Below are positions 1 to 6,789 of a stretch of 11,950 nucleotides of DNA, one piece after another. Positions within the stretch are counted from its first letter, which is position 1, and every line of letters starts with the position of its first letter. Origin of the DNA: Deferrisomatales bacterium (GTDB lineage: Bacteria; Desulfobacterota; Deferrisomatia; Deferrisomatales; JACRMM01); NCBI GenBank assembly GCA_033551855.1, contig JAWSUI010000083.1, forward strand, positions 1-11,950. Direction: 5' to 3'. The position numbers were made by a program, and so were the translations under genes. Below the pieces are notes generated by a model. The model was not told where the DNA came from and did not search any database. It saw only the letters and a list, made by a program, of their open reading frames with translations.

Positions 1-53
1 GCGGGTTCGGAAGGCTGGCTGGTATGGGGCAGCCTACTTTATTAAGCCAGGTG

Positions 54-647
54 CCCAACCACACGGGTCTCGGCACCGAGGCCTCGATCGTGTCCCGGGG
101 CGCCTGGGCGACGCCGCTGGGCCCCGTGGCGATCCACGAGGGGCTGGCCGATGCCCTCAAGGCGGAGGCCGCCCTGTTCCAGGAGGACGCCCTGGCCCAC
201 GCCCACGAGCACTCCCTGGAGGTGCAGGTCCCTTTCCTCCAGCACCGGAACCCGAGGGTGCGTATCGTACCCGTCGCCTTCATGCTCCGGGACCGGGCGG
301 CGGTGAAGGAGGCCGGGGAGGCGGTGGCCTCGGTCGTCGCCCGGTGGCCCGACCCGGTGCTCCTCGTGGCCTCCAGCGACATGACCCACTACGAGCCCGA
401 CGAGAAGGCCCGGGAAAAAGACGCCCGGGCCATCGAGCGCGTGCTCGCCCTGGACCCCGAGGGGCTCCTTGACACCACGAAACGCTTTGGGATAACCATG
501 TGCGGCGTCATCCCCACGGCCGTGCTCCTGGTGGCCGCCCGCAGACTCGGGGCGTCGGGGGGCGAGCTGGTGACCTACGCCACCTCCGGGGAGGTCAGCG
601 GCGACCTCGGCAGCGTGGTCGGCTACGCGGGGATGCTGATCCGGTAG
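54..647 (+). CDS. amrB: AmmeMemoRadiSam system protein B (MEMO1 family), N-terminus missing or disrupted
   Basis: The ORF 24..647 translation has MEMO motifs PNHTG, WATPLG, EHSLEVQVPFLQ, VASSDMTHY, TMCG and the C-terminal SVVGYAG. Family similarity begins only at nt 54 (PNH). The usual N-terminal ~45 aa including PHAGY are not encoded in any + frame of nt 1-53. Confidence 0.88.
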   Translation, partial: PNHTGLGTEASIVSRGAWATPLGPVAIHEGLADALKAEAALFQEDALAHAHEHSLEVQVPFLQHRNPRVRIVPVAFMLRDRAAVKEAGEAVASVVARWPDPVLLVASSDMTHYEPDEKAREKDARAIERVLALDPEGLLDTTKRFGITMCGVIPTAVLLVAARRLGASGGELVTYATSGEVSGDLGSVVGYAGMLIR

Positions 648-654
648 CGCACCT

Positions 655-683
655 CCGGCCTGCCTCGGCAGGCCGGTTTCCTT
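655..683 (+). terminator. Putative intrinsic terminator / stem-loop between amrB and gltX
   Basis: Perfect inverted repeat CCGGCCTGCC (655-664) / GGCAGGCCGG (667-676) just after the amrB stop, followed by TTTCCTT and a pyrimidine-rich tract. Confidence 0.5.
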
Positions 684-729
684 CGCTCTCCCCCTCCCCT
701 TCCCTCGGCTTCCCAAGGAGCCCGCGACC

Positions 730-2151
730 ATGAGCGGCGTGAAGACCCGTTTCGCCCCGAGCCCCACCGGCTATCTCCACATCGGAGGTGCCCGCACGGC
801 GCTCTTCTGCTACCTCTACGCCCGCCACCACGGGGGCTCCTTCGTGCTGCGCATCGAGGACACCGACAGGGAGCGCTCCACCGAGGAGAGCACCCGGGCG
901 ATCCTCGACTCCATGGAGTGGCTGGGGCTGCACTGGGACGAGGGGCCCCACTTCCAGAGCCGCCGCACCGAGATCTACCGGGAGCACGTGGAGAAGCTCC
1001 TCCAGGCCGGCCGGGCCTACCGCTGCGACTGCCCCCCGGAGCTCCTGGACGCCAAGCGCGAAATCGCCCTCAAGACCCACGGCAAGGTGATGTACGACGG
1101 GCGCTGCCGCGACCGGACCGACGTGGACCCCGCCGCGCCCCACGTGGTGCGCTTCCGGGGGCCCCGCACGGGCCAGACCGTCGTCCACGACCTGCTGAGG
1201 GGCGACGTGGTGTTCGAGAACGCAGACCTCGACGACCTGGTGCTGCTGCGCTCCGACGGCGGACCCATGTACAACTTCGTCGTCGTCGTGGACGACATCC
1301 TGATGGGGATCACCCACGTCATCCGCGGCGACGACCACCTCACGAACACCCCCCGCCAGATCCAGCTCTACGAGGCCCTGGGGAGCCCCCTGCCCCGGTT
1401 CGCCCACGTGCCCATGATCCTGGGGGAGGACCGCAAGCGCCTCTCCAAGCGCCACGGGGCCACCAGCGTGGAGAGCTACCGGGAGGCCGGGTACCTGCCC
1501 GAGGCCCTGGTGAACTTCCTCGTCCGCCTGGGTTGGTCCCACGGGGACCAGGAGATCTTCTCCCTGGAGCAACTGATCGATCTCTTCGACTTGGACGGGG
1601 TGGGCCGTTCCGCCGGGGTCTTCAACCCCGAGAAGCTCCTCTGGCTCAACGCGCACTACCTGAAGGAGTGCCCCGCCGAGCGCCTCCAGGCCCTGGCGCG
1701 CCCCTTCCTGGAGGCCAGGGGCTACGACGTCTCCGACGGGCGCAAGCTCGTCGTGCTGGTGGAGGTGCTGCGGGCCCGGGCGCCCACCCTGGCGGACTTA
1801 GCCGCCCAGGCGGCCCCGTACTACGAGCGGGAGGTGTCCCTGGACCCCGCCGCGGCCGGGAAGTTCTTGACCCCGGAGGCCGCCCCCCTCCTGCGGGAGC
1901 TGGCCGAGCTCTTTCGGGCGGCCCCGGAGTGGGCCCCGGAGGCCTTGGAACCCCCCTTCCGGGAGCTGGCCGAGCGCCGGGGCCTGAAGATCGGGAAGCT
2001 CGCCCAGCCCCTGCGGGTGGCTGTGACCGGCTCCACCGCGAGCCCGGGGATCTTCGAGACGGTCTTCCTGGTGGGGCGGGAGTGGACCCTGGAGCGCCTG
2101 GCCAGGGCCGCGGGGCTTGCGGAATCCGGGGGCCCGGCCCCCGCCGCTTGA
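730..2151 (+). CDS. gltX: Glutamate--tRNA ligase (class I GluRS)
   Basis: RFAPSPTGYLHIGG (HIGH motif), LRIEDTD, Zn-site CDC...YDGRC, HVIRGDDH, RLSKRH (KMSKS motif), LRVAVTG...SPG anticodon domain. 473 aa. AAGGAG RBS upstream. Confidence 0.98.
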   Translation: MSGVKTRFAPSPTGYLHIGGARTALFCYLYARHHGGSFVLRIEDTDRERSTEESTRAILDSMEWLGLHWDEGPHFQSRRTEIYREHVEKLLQAGRAYRCDCPPELLDAKREIALKTHGKVMYDGRCRDRTDVDPAAPHVVRFRGPRTGQTVVHDLLRGDVVFENADLDDLVLLRSDGGPMYNFVVVVDDILMGITHVIRGDDHLTNTPRQIQLYEALGSPLPRFAHVPMILGEDRKRLSKRHGATSVESYREAGYLPEALVNFLVRLGWSHGDQEIFSLEQLIDLFDLDGVGRSAGVFNPEKLLWLNAHYLKECPAERLQALARPFLEARGYDVSDGRKLVVLVEVLRARAPTLADLAAQAAPYYEREVSLDPAAAGKFLTPEAAPLLRELAELFRAAPEWAPEALEPPFRELAERRGLKIGKLAQPLRVAVTGSTASPGIFETVFLVGREWTLERLARAAGLAESGGPAPAA

Positions 2152-2175
2152 CGGCGTTCCGCCGGGGTCTATGCT
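2148..2175 (+). promoter_or_regulatory. Putative sigma-70 promoter for the 60-aa gene
   Basis: TTGACG (2148-2153, overlapping the gltX stop codon), 16-nt spacer, TATGCT (2170-2175), about 35 nt before the ATG at 2209. Confidence 0.5.
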
Positions 2176-2208
2176 GGGATCCCGAACCCCGGAGGAAAGG
2201 AGGAGCCC

Positions 2209-2391
2209 ATGATCCGCGTCGAGCTCACCGAGTCCGAGGCCGCAACCCTGCAGGACGTGCTGGACAGCTACCTCTCCGACCTCCGAATGGAGATCGCCGA
2301 CACGGACCGGATGGACTTCCGGGAGGAGCTCAAGGGGAGGAAGAAAGTCCTCGAGGACGTCCTCGGCCGGCTGGCAGCCGGCGGGATCTGA
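2209..2391 (+). CDS. Small acidic, probably helical hypothetical protein (60 aa)
   Basis: Very strong doubled RBS (GGAGGAAAGGAGGAG), host-like G/C third codon positions, amphipathic-helix pattern (LQDVLDSYLSDLRMEIADTD...LKGRKKVLEDVL). No function recognised. Confidence 0.8.
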   Translation: MIRVELTESEAATLQDVLDSYLSDLRMEIADTDRMDFREELKGRKKVLEDVLGRLAAGGI

Positions 2392-2448
2392 CGGCCGGGC
2401 CCTTCGGACCGTTTCGCAGGCAGATTGCGGAAGGGGGGATCAGTGGAA

Positions 2449-2575
2449 GGCTAGGGCCCCCACCCCGGCCCTCCCCCGAGGGGGGAGGGAGATTGGGGGG
2501 GGATGGGTGGCCGGCTAGGGCCCCCACCCCGGCCCTCCCCCGAGGGGGGAGGGAGATTGGGGAAGGGGGATGGGT
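2449..2575. repeat. Tandem duplicated BoxC/REP-like palindromic element (2 copies, period 64 nt)
   Basis: 2449-2498 and 2513-2562 are identical 50-mers (GGCTAGGGCCCCCACCCCGGCCCTCCCCCGAGGGGGGAGGGAGATTGGGG). Each contains a CCCTCCCCC/GGGGGAGGG hairpin preceded by a C-rich tail. A degenerate tail fragment lies at ~2422-2440. The element sits between convergent genes. Confidence 0.85.
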
Positions 2576-2596
2576 CGGGAGGCGGGGGGGGCTCTT

Positions 2597-3088
2597 TCAC
2601 TCCTCCGGCTCCCGGGGGTGGAAGCCCTCCATCTCCTCCCGGATCCTCTGCCGGCAGTAGATCCAGCCGCGGTACCACTCCAGGAGGAGCACGGCGAACC
2701 CTCCCACGAGCACCGCCCACACGTTGTCCTCCAGTACCCCCGCGATCCCGTAAAAGGCGTAGAACCCGCCGAGGTACGCCACGTGGGCGAACCCCGACCG
2801 CAGGGTGACCGGCGTCCCCATGCGGGTGAGCCCCAGGATCAGGGCGGAGAAGAGGTACAGGACGAAGGCGGCGTTGACCCAAGAGGGTGGCGGCGGCCGA
2901 CCGAGAAAGGAGTCCCACTCCGGAGGCGGACGCGGCACGTAGGGAAACCCCGAAACGGCCCACAGGCTGAGGGCCGAGAACGCCACCAGCGGCCAGAGGG
3001 GCCGAGCCGCGAGGGCGTGCCACTGCTGGACCCGGGCTTGGCTGTCGCTCCCGATGTTCCGGGCGCGGGGATTCTCGCCGTCTCCCAC
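2597..3088 (-). CDS. cbcE: Integral membrane protein (~4 TM), resembling the membrane subunit encoded in Geobacter cbc5 menaquinol-oxidoreductase loci (CbcE-like)
   Basis: Hydrophobic segments LWPLVAFSALSLWAV, WVNAAFVLYLFSALILGL, FAHVAYLGGFYAFYGIA and VWAVLVGGFAVLLLEWY, plus an LGRPPP motif. Start placed at GTG 3088 with GGAG 6 nt upstream; the ORF track extends to 3193. The symbol rests on recalled similarity and synteny, not a search. Confidence 0.7.
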   Translation of the reverse strand: MGDGENPRARNIGSDSQARVQQWHALAARPLWPLVAFSALSLWAVSGFPYVPRPPPEWDSFLGRPPPPSWVNAAFVLYLFSALILGLTRMGTPVTLRSGFAHVAYLGGFYAFYGIAGVLEDNVWAVLVGGFAVLLLEWYRGWIYCRQRIREEMEGFHPREPEE

Positions 3089-3236
3089 GGGCCGCTCCGC
3101 CCCCCCCGCATACTGAGACCGTGCCGCTACCAGGACGCGTCGGGACGCGCGCCGCTTCGCCGGGGCCCTCCCGAGGGCCCTCTGTCCGCCCACCGCCCAG
3201 TCCCCTGGGTGGCGTCGAGGGTCGGCTCGCTGGGGC

Positions 3237-4055
3237 TCAGGGGTCTCCGGCAGTCTTCCCCTGCCCTTCCCCCCGCCCCTCGCCCCGGACGCGGTCGAAG
3301 GCCCGCGCCACCGCAGCGAGCTCCTCCTCCACCGGCGGGGGAGCCGTCGCCGGCTTGCCTCCTTTTGCGGATTCCACGTAGTCCACCAGGCGCTGCAGGG
3401 GCGCCACCACGTTGAGCTTCAGCAACGCCGCCACCCCGCCGACGGAGAGGGCCAGCACCATGACGCCGAAAAAGGCCAGACGCCGGCGCATGAGGGCGAG
3501 GTTGCTCTGGAGGGACTCCTGGGACAGCCCGATGTCCAGGGTCCCCAGCACCACCTGGTCCTCGGGGTGGTAGTGGCACGCCCCCGTGAAGCAGTCCGGC
3601 TCATTGTACACGGCGGCGGTGATCGCGAGCACGGGTTTCCCGTCGTCCTTGACGAAACGCCGGGCCTGATCCATGGGGCCCAGGGTCGTCACGGGGTCGG
3701 GGCCCGCGTGACAAACAAAGCAGCCTTCGGCCTCCTTGTCGAGCTCCCGCCCGACCTCGGTCTCGACCCCGGAGAAGACGATGACGCCCTGCTTGTTGAA
3801 GATCCGCACGTGATCGACGATCACCTCCTCGCTCACGTTGGAGACGATGTTGCGCAGGGTCTCCCGGTCGTCCCGAAGCATGGCGTAGCGTGTGGACTTG
3901 ACCACCACCGACGCGATGTCGTTGGCGTGGAGCACGCTCTCGTCGATGCGGTCTCGCTTCATGCTCGTGTAGAGCAGGATCGAGCACACGACCACGAAGC
4001 AGGTGACCGAGAGCGCCACCGGGATGATCGCCTTGGCGGCCAGCGACTTGAACAT
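3237..4055 (-). CDS. cbcD: Membrane-anchored periplasmic heme-c sensor-like protein with HAMP domain and no output domain (CbcD-like)
   Basis: TM1, periplasmic domain with CFVCH and CFTGACHYH, TM2, HAMP (PLQRL...EELAAVARAFDRV), then a short tail and stop. RBS GGAGAGGGAG. Paralogous to the N-half of the kinase at 9184. Symbol by recalled synteny. Confidence 0.85.
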   Translation of the reverse strand: MFKSLAAKAIIPVALSVTCFVVVCSILLYTSMKRDRIDESVLHANDIASVVVKSTRYAMLRDDRETLRNIVSNVSEEVIVDHVRIFNKQGVIVFSGVETEVGRELDKEAEGCFVCHAGPDPVTTLGPMDQARRFVKDDGKPVLAITAAVYNEPDCFTGACHYHPEDQVVLGTLDIGLSQESLQSNLALMRRRLAFFGVMVLALSVGGVAALLKLNVVAPLQRLVDYVESAKGGKPATAPPPVEEELAAVARAFDRVRGEGRGEGQGKTAGDP

Positions 4056-4099
4056 GGCTCCCTCTCCTGGTTACGGCAAGGCACGTGCGGCAAACGGAC

Positions 4100-4124
4100 C
4101 GGAGGGGCCCCGCGGGCCCCTCCG
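4100..4124. terminator. Strong GC stem-loop between the cytochrome b gene and the HAMP-sensor gene
   Basis: Perfect 11-bp stem CGGAGGGGCCC-CGC-GGGCCCCTCCG, 20 nt downstream of the cytochrome b stop. Only a weak U-tract on the minus strand, so it may be an mRNA-stabilising or attenuating hairpin. Confidence 0.5.
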
Positions 4125-4144
4125 AGCTTCGTCCATTCGCGCCC

Positions 4145-4822
4145 TCAGGCCGCCCCCTGCCTCTCGACCTCGTGGTCCCCCTGGTCGTGGACCTCCACCT
4201 CTTCCCAGCCCGTCCACATCGGAACGAAGTGGGCGAAGGGGGTGTGCCCCAGCGTCGCCAGGTAGACGTGGGCGATGACGAACGCGCCGAAGATGCACCC
4301 CAGGATCCAGTGGACCGCGGTGAGAAACGTGAGCCCTCCCACCGAGATGACGAGGTCCCGTAGCGGATCCAGATTCAGCAGGAGAAGCCCGGTCACCACC
4401 ACGAGGGGCACGAAGATGAACATGATCCCCGCGTAGGCGGTCTTCTGCAAGGGGTTGAACTTGTCCTCCGGGGTCGCGTGGTGCGGGTTCGGGCGTGTCC
4501 CCCGGAAGAAGAAGAAGAAGTAATACGCGGCCTGCCGCACGATCCCCCTCCTGAGGTCCTCCCGGGTCGGAATGTAGAGCTTGGCCAGGGTGCGCGACAC
4601 CAGCCCGTAATAGAGGAACCAGATGAAGAAGGAGATCGCCACCACGATGCCCGCGGCGTTGTGGACCCGGACGGCGGCCTTGTAGTTGCCCAGGATCGGG
4701 GCGTACTCCGGAAACCGGATCTCCGCGCCGGTCACGCACAGAATGACGATCCCGAAGGCATGGAGCCAGTGCCAGATGCGGATGGGGGTCGGTGTGAGGT
4801 AGATCCGCTTGGGCGCCTGCAT
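4145..4822 (-). CDS. cbcB: Di-heme cytochrome b, FdnI/HydC/PhsC-like quinol-oxidising subunit (CbcB-like)
   Basis: Four TM helices with heme-b His ligands RIWHW, VRVHNAAG, TAVHWILG and IAHVYLA, plus the family motif KFNPLQKTAY. Starts 3 nt after the cytochrome c stop with an overlapping RBS (AAGGGAGGG). Confidence 0.92.
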   Translation of the reverse strand: MQAPKRIYLTPTPIRIWHWLHAFGIVILCVTGAEIRFPEYAPILGNYKAAVRVHNAAGIVVAISFFIWFLYYGLVSRTLAKLYIPTREDLRRGIVRQAAYYFFFFFRGTRPNPHHATPEDKFNPLQKTAYAGIMFIFVPLVVVTGLLLLNLDPLRDLVISVGGLTFLTAVHWILGCIFGAFVIAHVYLATLGHTPFAHFVPMWTGWEEVEVHDQGDHEVERQGAA

Positions 4823-4825
4823 ATC

Positions 4826-5887
4826 TTAGCCCTCCCTTCGGTTCTTGCGCGTGAGGAACCGCAAGGTACCGTGACCGAGCGGCATCGCCAGCCCGGACGC
4901 GGCGATGACCAGACCGATGATCGTCAGCGTGCGGTCGCGGCTCGCCCCCACCAGGTAGAGGTCCGGCGCGCCGTACAGGGCTTCCAGGATCGCCCCCCTC
5001 TGCACCTCGACCCGCCGGAAGGTGCCCAGCTCCTCGGGGATCGCGACGAAGCTCTGCTGGAGCGCGCCGGGGCCCGAGGCGTGGCAGAACGTGCAGTCCC
5101 AGCGGTTGTCGAGGCTGTCGAAGGTGTGGCTCGCCTTCTCCGGGGTCATCATGCCCCACAGGCGCAGCCCCTCCCGCCGGGCGGCGTCGTTGAAGGCCTT
5201 GAGCTCTCGGACGGTGACCACCCCGTCACCGTTGGCGTCCAGCACCTTTTCCACCGGCCGGTTCCCGAGCCAGCGGGTCAGGTCCTCCGCGGTGGCCAGG
5301 GTCACCCGGGGACTCCGGCCGGCCCGCTCCTCCACCTTCTCGATGTAGAAGGTGATCACGTAATCCTCCGACCCGGTGTGGCAGGCGATGCACGGCAGGG
5401 CGCTCAGGTGGCGCTCCGTCTGGAGCAGCCAGGTGGCGTGGCTCTCCACCATGTCACCCTCGGGGTGGCACCCCGTGCACATCCGGTTCATCTGGGGCGC
5501 CGAGCTGACGGCGAAGGACTTCACCTCGTGCGGATTGTGGCAGTCCGCGCAGCCCGCATTGTACCCGTGCGTGCTCGCCTCGTACTCCTTCTCGATGTCG
5601 TCGTGGCAGTCGCCGCATCCCGCCCGGGACGGGCGCACCCCGTCGTCCGGGTGCGCGTCGGTCACCGATTCGTGGCACGAGAGGCACCCCACGTCCGCGT
5701 GGGCCCCACGGCTGTACTGGTCGGGGTCGATGTACAGATACCCCTTTCCGCCGACCATGATCGAGACGTGCCCGTGGCAGTCCTGGCACGCTTCGTCCGC
5801 GTTCCCCCTCCCGACGGCGGCCCCCGCGACGAGCGCCACGGCCGCCACACACACCAGCAAAGACTTCATCCATCGCCTTCCGTCCAC
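4826..5887 (-). CDS. cbcA: Hepta-heme c-type cytochrome with EF-hand and C-terminal membrane anchor (CbcA-like)
   Basis: Seven CxxCH motifs (CQDCH, CLSCH, CGDCH, CADCH, CTGCH, CIACH, CTFCH), signal peptide, EF-hand DANGDGVVTVRE, C-terminal TM TLTIIGLVIAASGLAMPLGH. Start set at GTG 5887 behind RBS GGGAGGAG (ORF track 5902; ATG 5869 is an alternative). Confidence 0.93.
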   Translation of the reverse strand: MDGRRWMKSLLVCVAAVALVAGAAVGRGNADEACQDCHGHVSIMVGGKGYLYIDPDQYSRGAHADVGCLSCHESVTDAHPDDGVRPSRAGCGDCHDDIEKEYEASTHGYNAGCADCHNPHEVKSFAVSSAPQMNRMCTGCHPEGDMVESHATWLLQTERHLSALPCIACHTGSEDYVITFYIEKVEERAGRSPRVTLATAEDLTRWLGNRPVEKVLDANGDGVVTVRELKAFNDAARREGLRLWGMMTPEKASHTFDSLDNRWDCTFCHASGPGALQQSFVAIPEELGTFRRVEVQRGAILEALYGAPDLYLVGASRDRTLTIIGLVIAASGLAMPLGHGTLRFLTRKNRREG

Positions 5888-5947
5888 GGCATCTCCTCCC
5901 ATCGTGGCAACAACCGGCGCCCCCCGTCCCCCCGTCGGGACGGGTCA

Positions 5948-6190
5948 CTACCGGATCTCGATCTCGGCCTTGGCCTCTTCCCCCTGGGTCTCGTGGATGG
6001 TCTTCGCGACCCCCCGTGCGGCACCGACCATCATCAGGATGGCCGGGACCACTTGGGCAGCCACGATCAGGGCGCAGAAGCCGAGAAATGCCCACACGAA
6101 GAGCCCGCTCGTGTCCTGCCGGCCGGCCGCCAGGGCCGGGGTCGCCGCGGTCACCGCCGCCGTCGTCAGGGTGAGAATCTTGGCTTTCAT
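5948..6190 (-). CDS. Small membrane protein (80 aa): signal peptide plus one TM helix
   Basis: RBS GAGGAGGGAG, signal peptide ending TPALA-A, TM GLFVWAFLGFCALIVAAQVVPAILMMVGA. Paralog of 6790..7044. Confidence 0.82.
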   Translation of the reverse strand: MKAKILTLTTAAVTAATPALAAGRQDTSGLFVWAFLGFCALIVAAQVVPAILMMVGAARGVAKTIHETQGEEAKAEIEIR

Positions 6191-6209
6191 GGCTCCCTCC
6201 TCTCCGGGT

Positions 6210-6611
6210 TCACGTCCCGCAGCGCTCCTGCGGGTGCTGTTTCACGTTGTCGAACGCACACTGGACCACCTGGCGGACCTCGTCGCCGTCCTCGGACCCG
6301 AGGGGCTTGACGAGGTAGTAGAAGATCCCCTCGCGGCGAAGCCGGCGCACCACGTCCAGCGGCGGCTCCTCGCTGGCGATGATGACCTTGAGGTCGGCTT
6401 TGCACTTCTTCAGGACCGGCAGCAGCTGGGTGGCCGACAGCCCGTCCACGCTGCTCCCCAGGATGACCACCCGTGCCAGGTCCTTGAGCACCCCCTCGAT
6501 GGCGTGGGCCGCCGAGTGGGTCGTCACCACGTCGTACCCGTCCTGCCGGAGCAACTCCGCCAACCGGATTCGGGAACCTGCATCGTCGTCGGCAATGAGC
6601 AGTCCCAACAT
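6210..6611 (-). CDS. Stand-alone receiver (REC) domain protein, atypical/pseudo-receiver
   Basis: LLIADDD acidic pocket, beta4 IIAS and YYLVKP conserved, but beta3 reads RVVILGS, with Gly at the phosphoacceptor Asp position. Start ATG 6611 with AGAGGAG RBS; 133 aa. Confidence 0.88.
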   Translation of the reverse strand: MLGLLIADDDAGSRIRLAELLRQDGYDVVTTHSAAHAIEGVLKDLARVVILGSSVDGLSATQLLPVLKKCKADLKVIIASEEPPLDVVRRLRREGIFYYLVKPLGSEDGDEVRQVVQCAFDNVKQHPQERCGT

Positions 6612-6789
6612 GTCCGTCACTCCTCTCGGGGCCTGTGACACCATCTGCTGCTCGACCGGGTTGCTTCGTTGCGCACTGGCGCACTCCTCGCACATCTACC
6701 CCACATGTCTCGTCGTTCGCTCCTGCGCGCCGCGCACTCCGGTCTGCCCGCAACGATTCCTTCACTGGCTACCGGCCCCTTCGGCCACC

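Noticed and set aside
1..42. Resemblance to a group II intron 3' end (..GGTTCGGAAGG..CCTACTTTAT)
   Set aside because: Domain V is not visible, pairing around the putative bulged A is poor, and the next 11 nt do not resume amrB coding sequence.
2152..2450. tRNA genes after gltX
   Set aside because: No cloverleaf, T-loop GTTCRA in context, or CCA end found.
2449..2575. Possible CRISPR array
   Set aside because: Only two 50-nt units separated by 14 nt of related G-rich sequence, no unique spacers, and no cas genes in the window.
6612..6695. N-terminal extension MCEECASAQ... of the receiver ORF (CxxC)
   Set aside because: A strong RBS precedes the ATG at 6611 where the REC fold begins, so the extension is probably untranslated.
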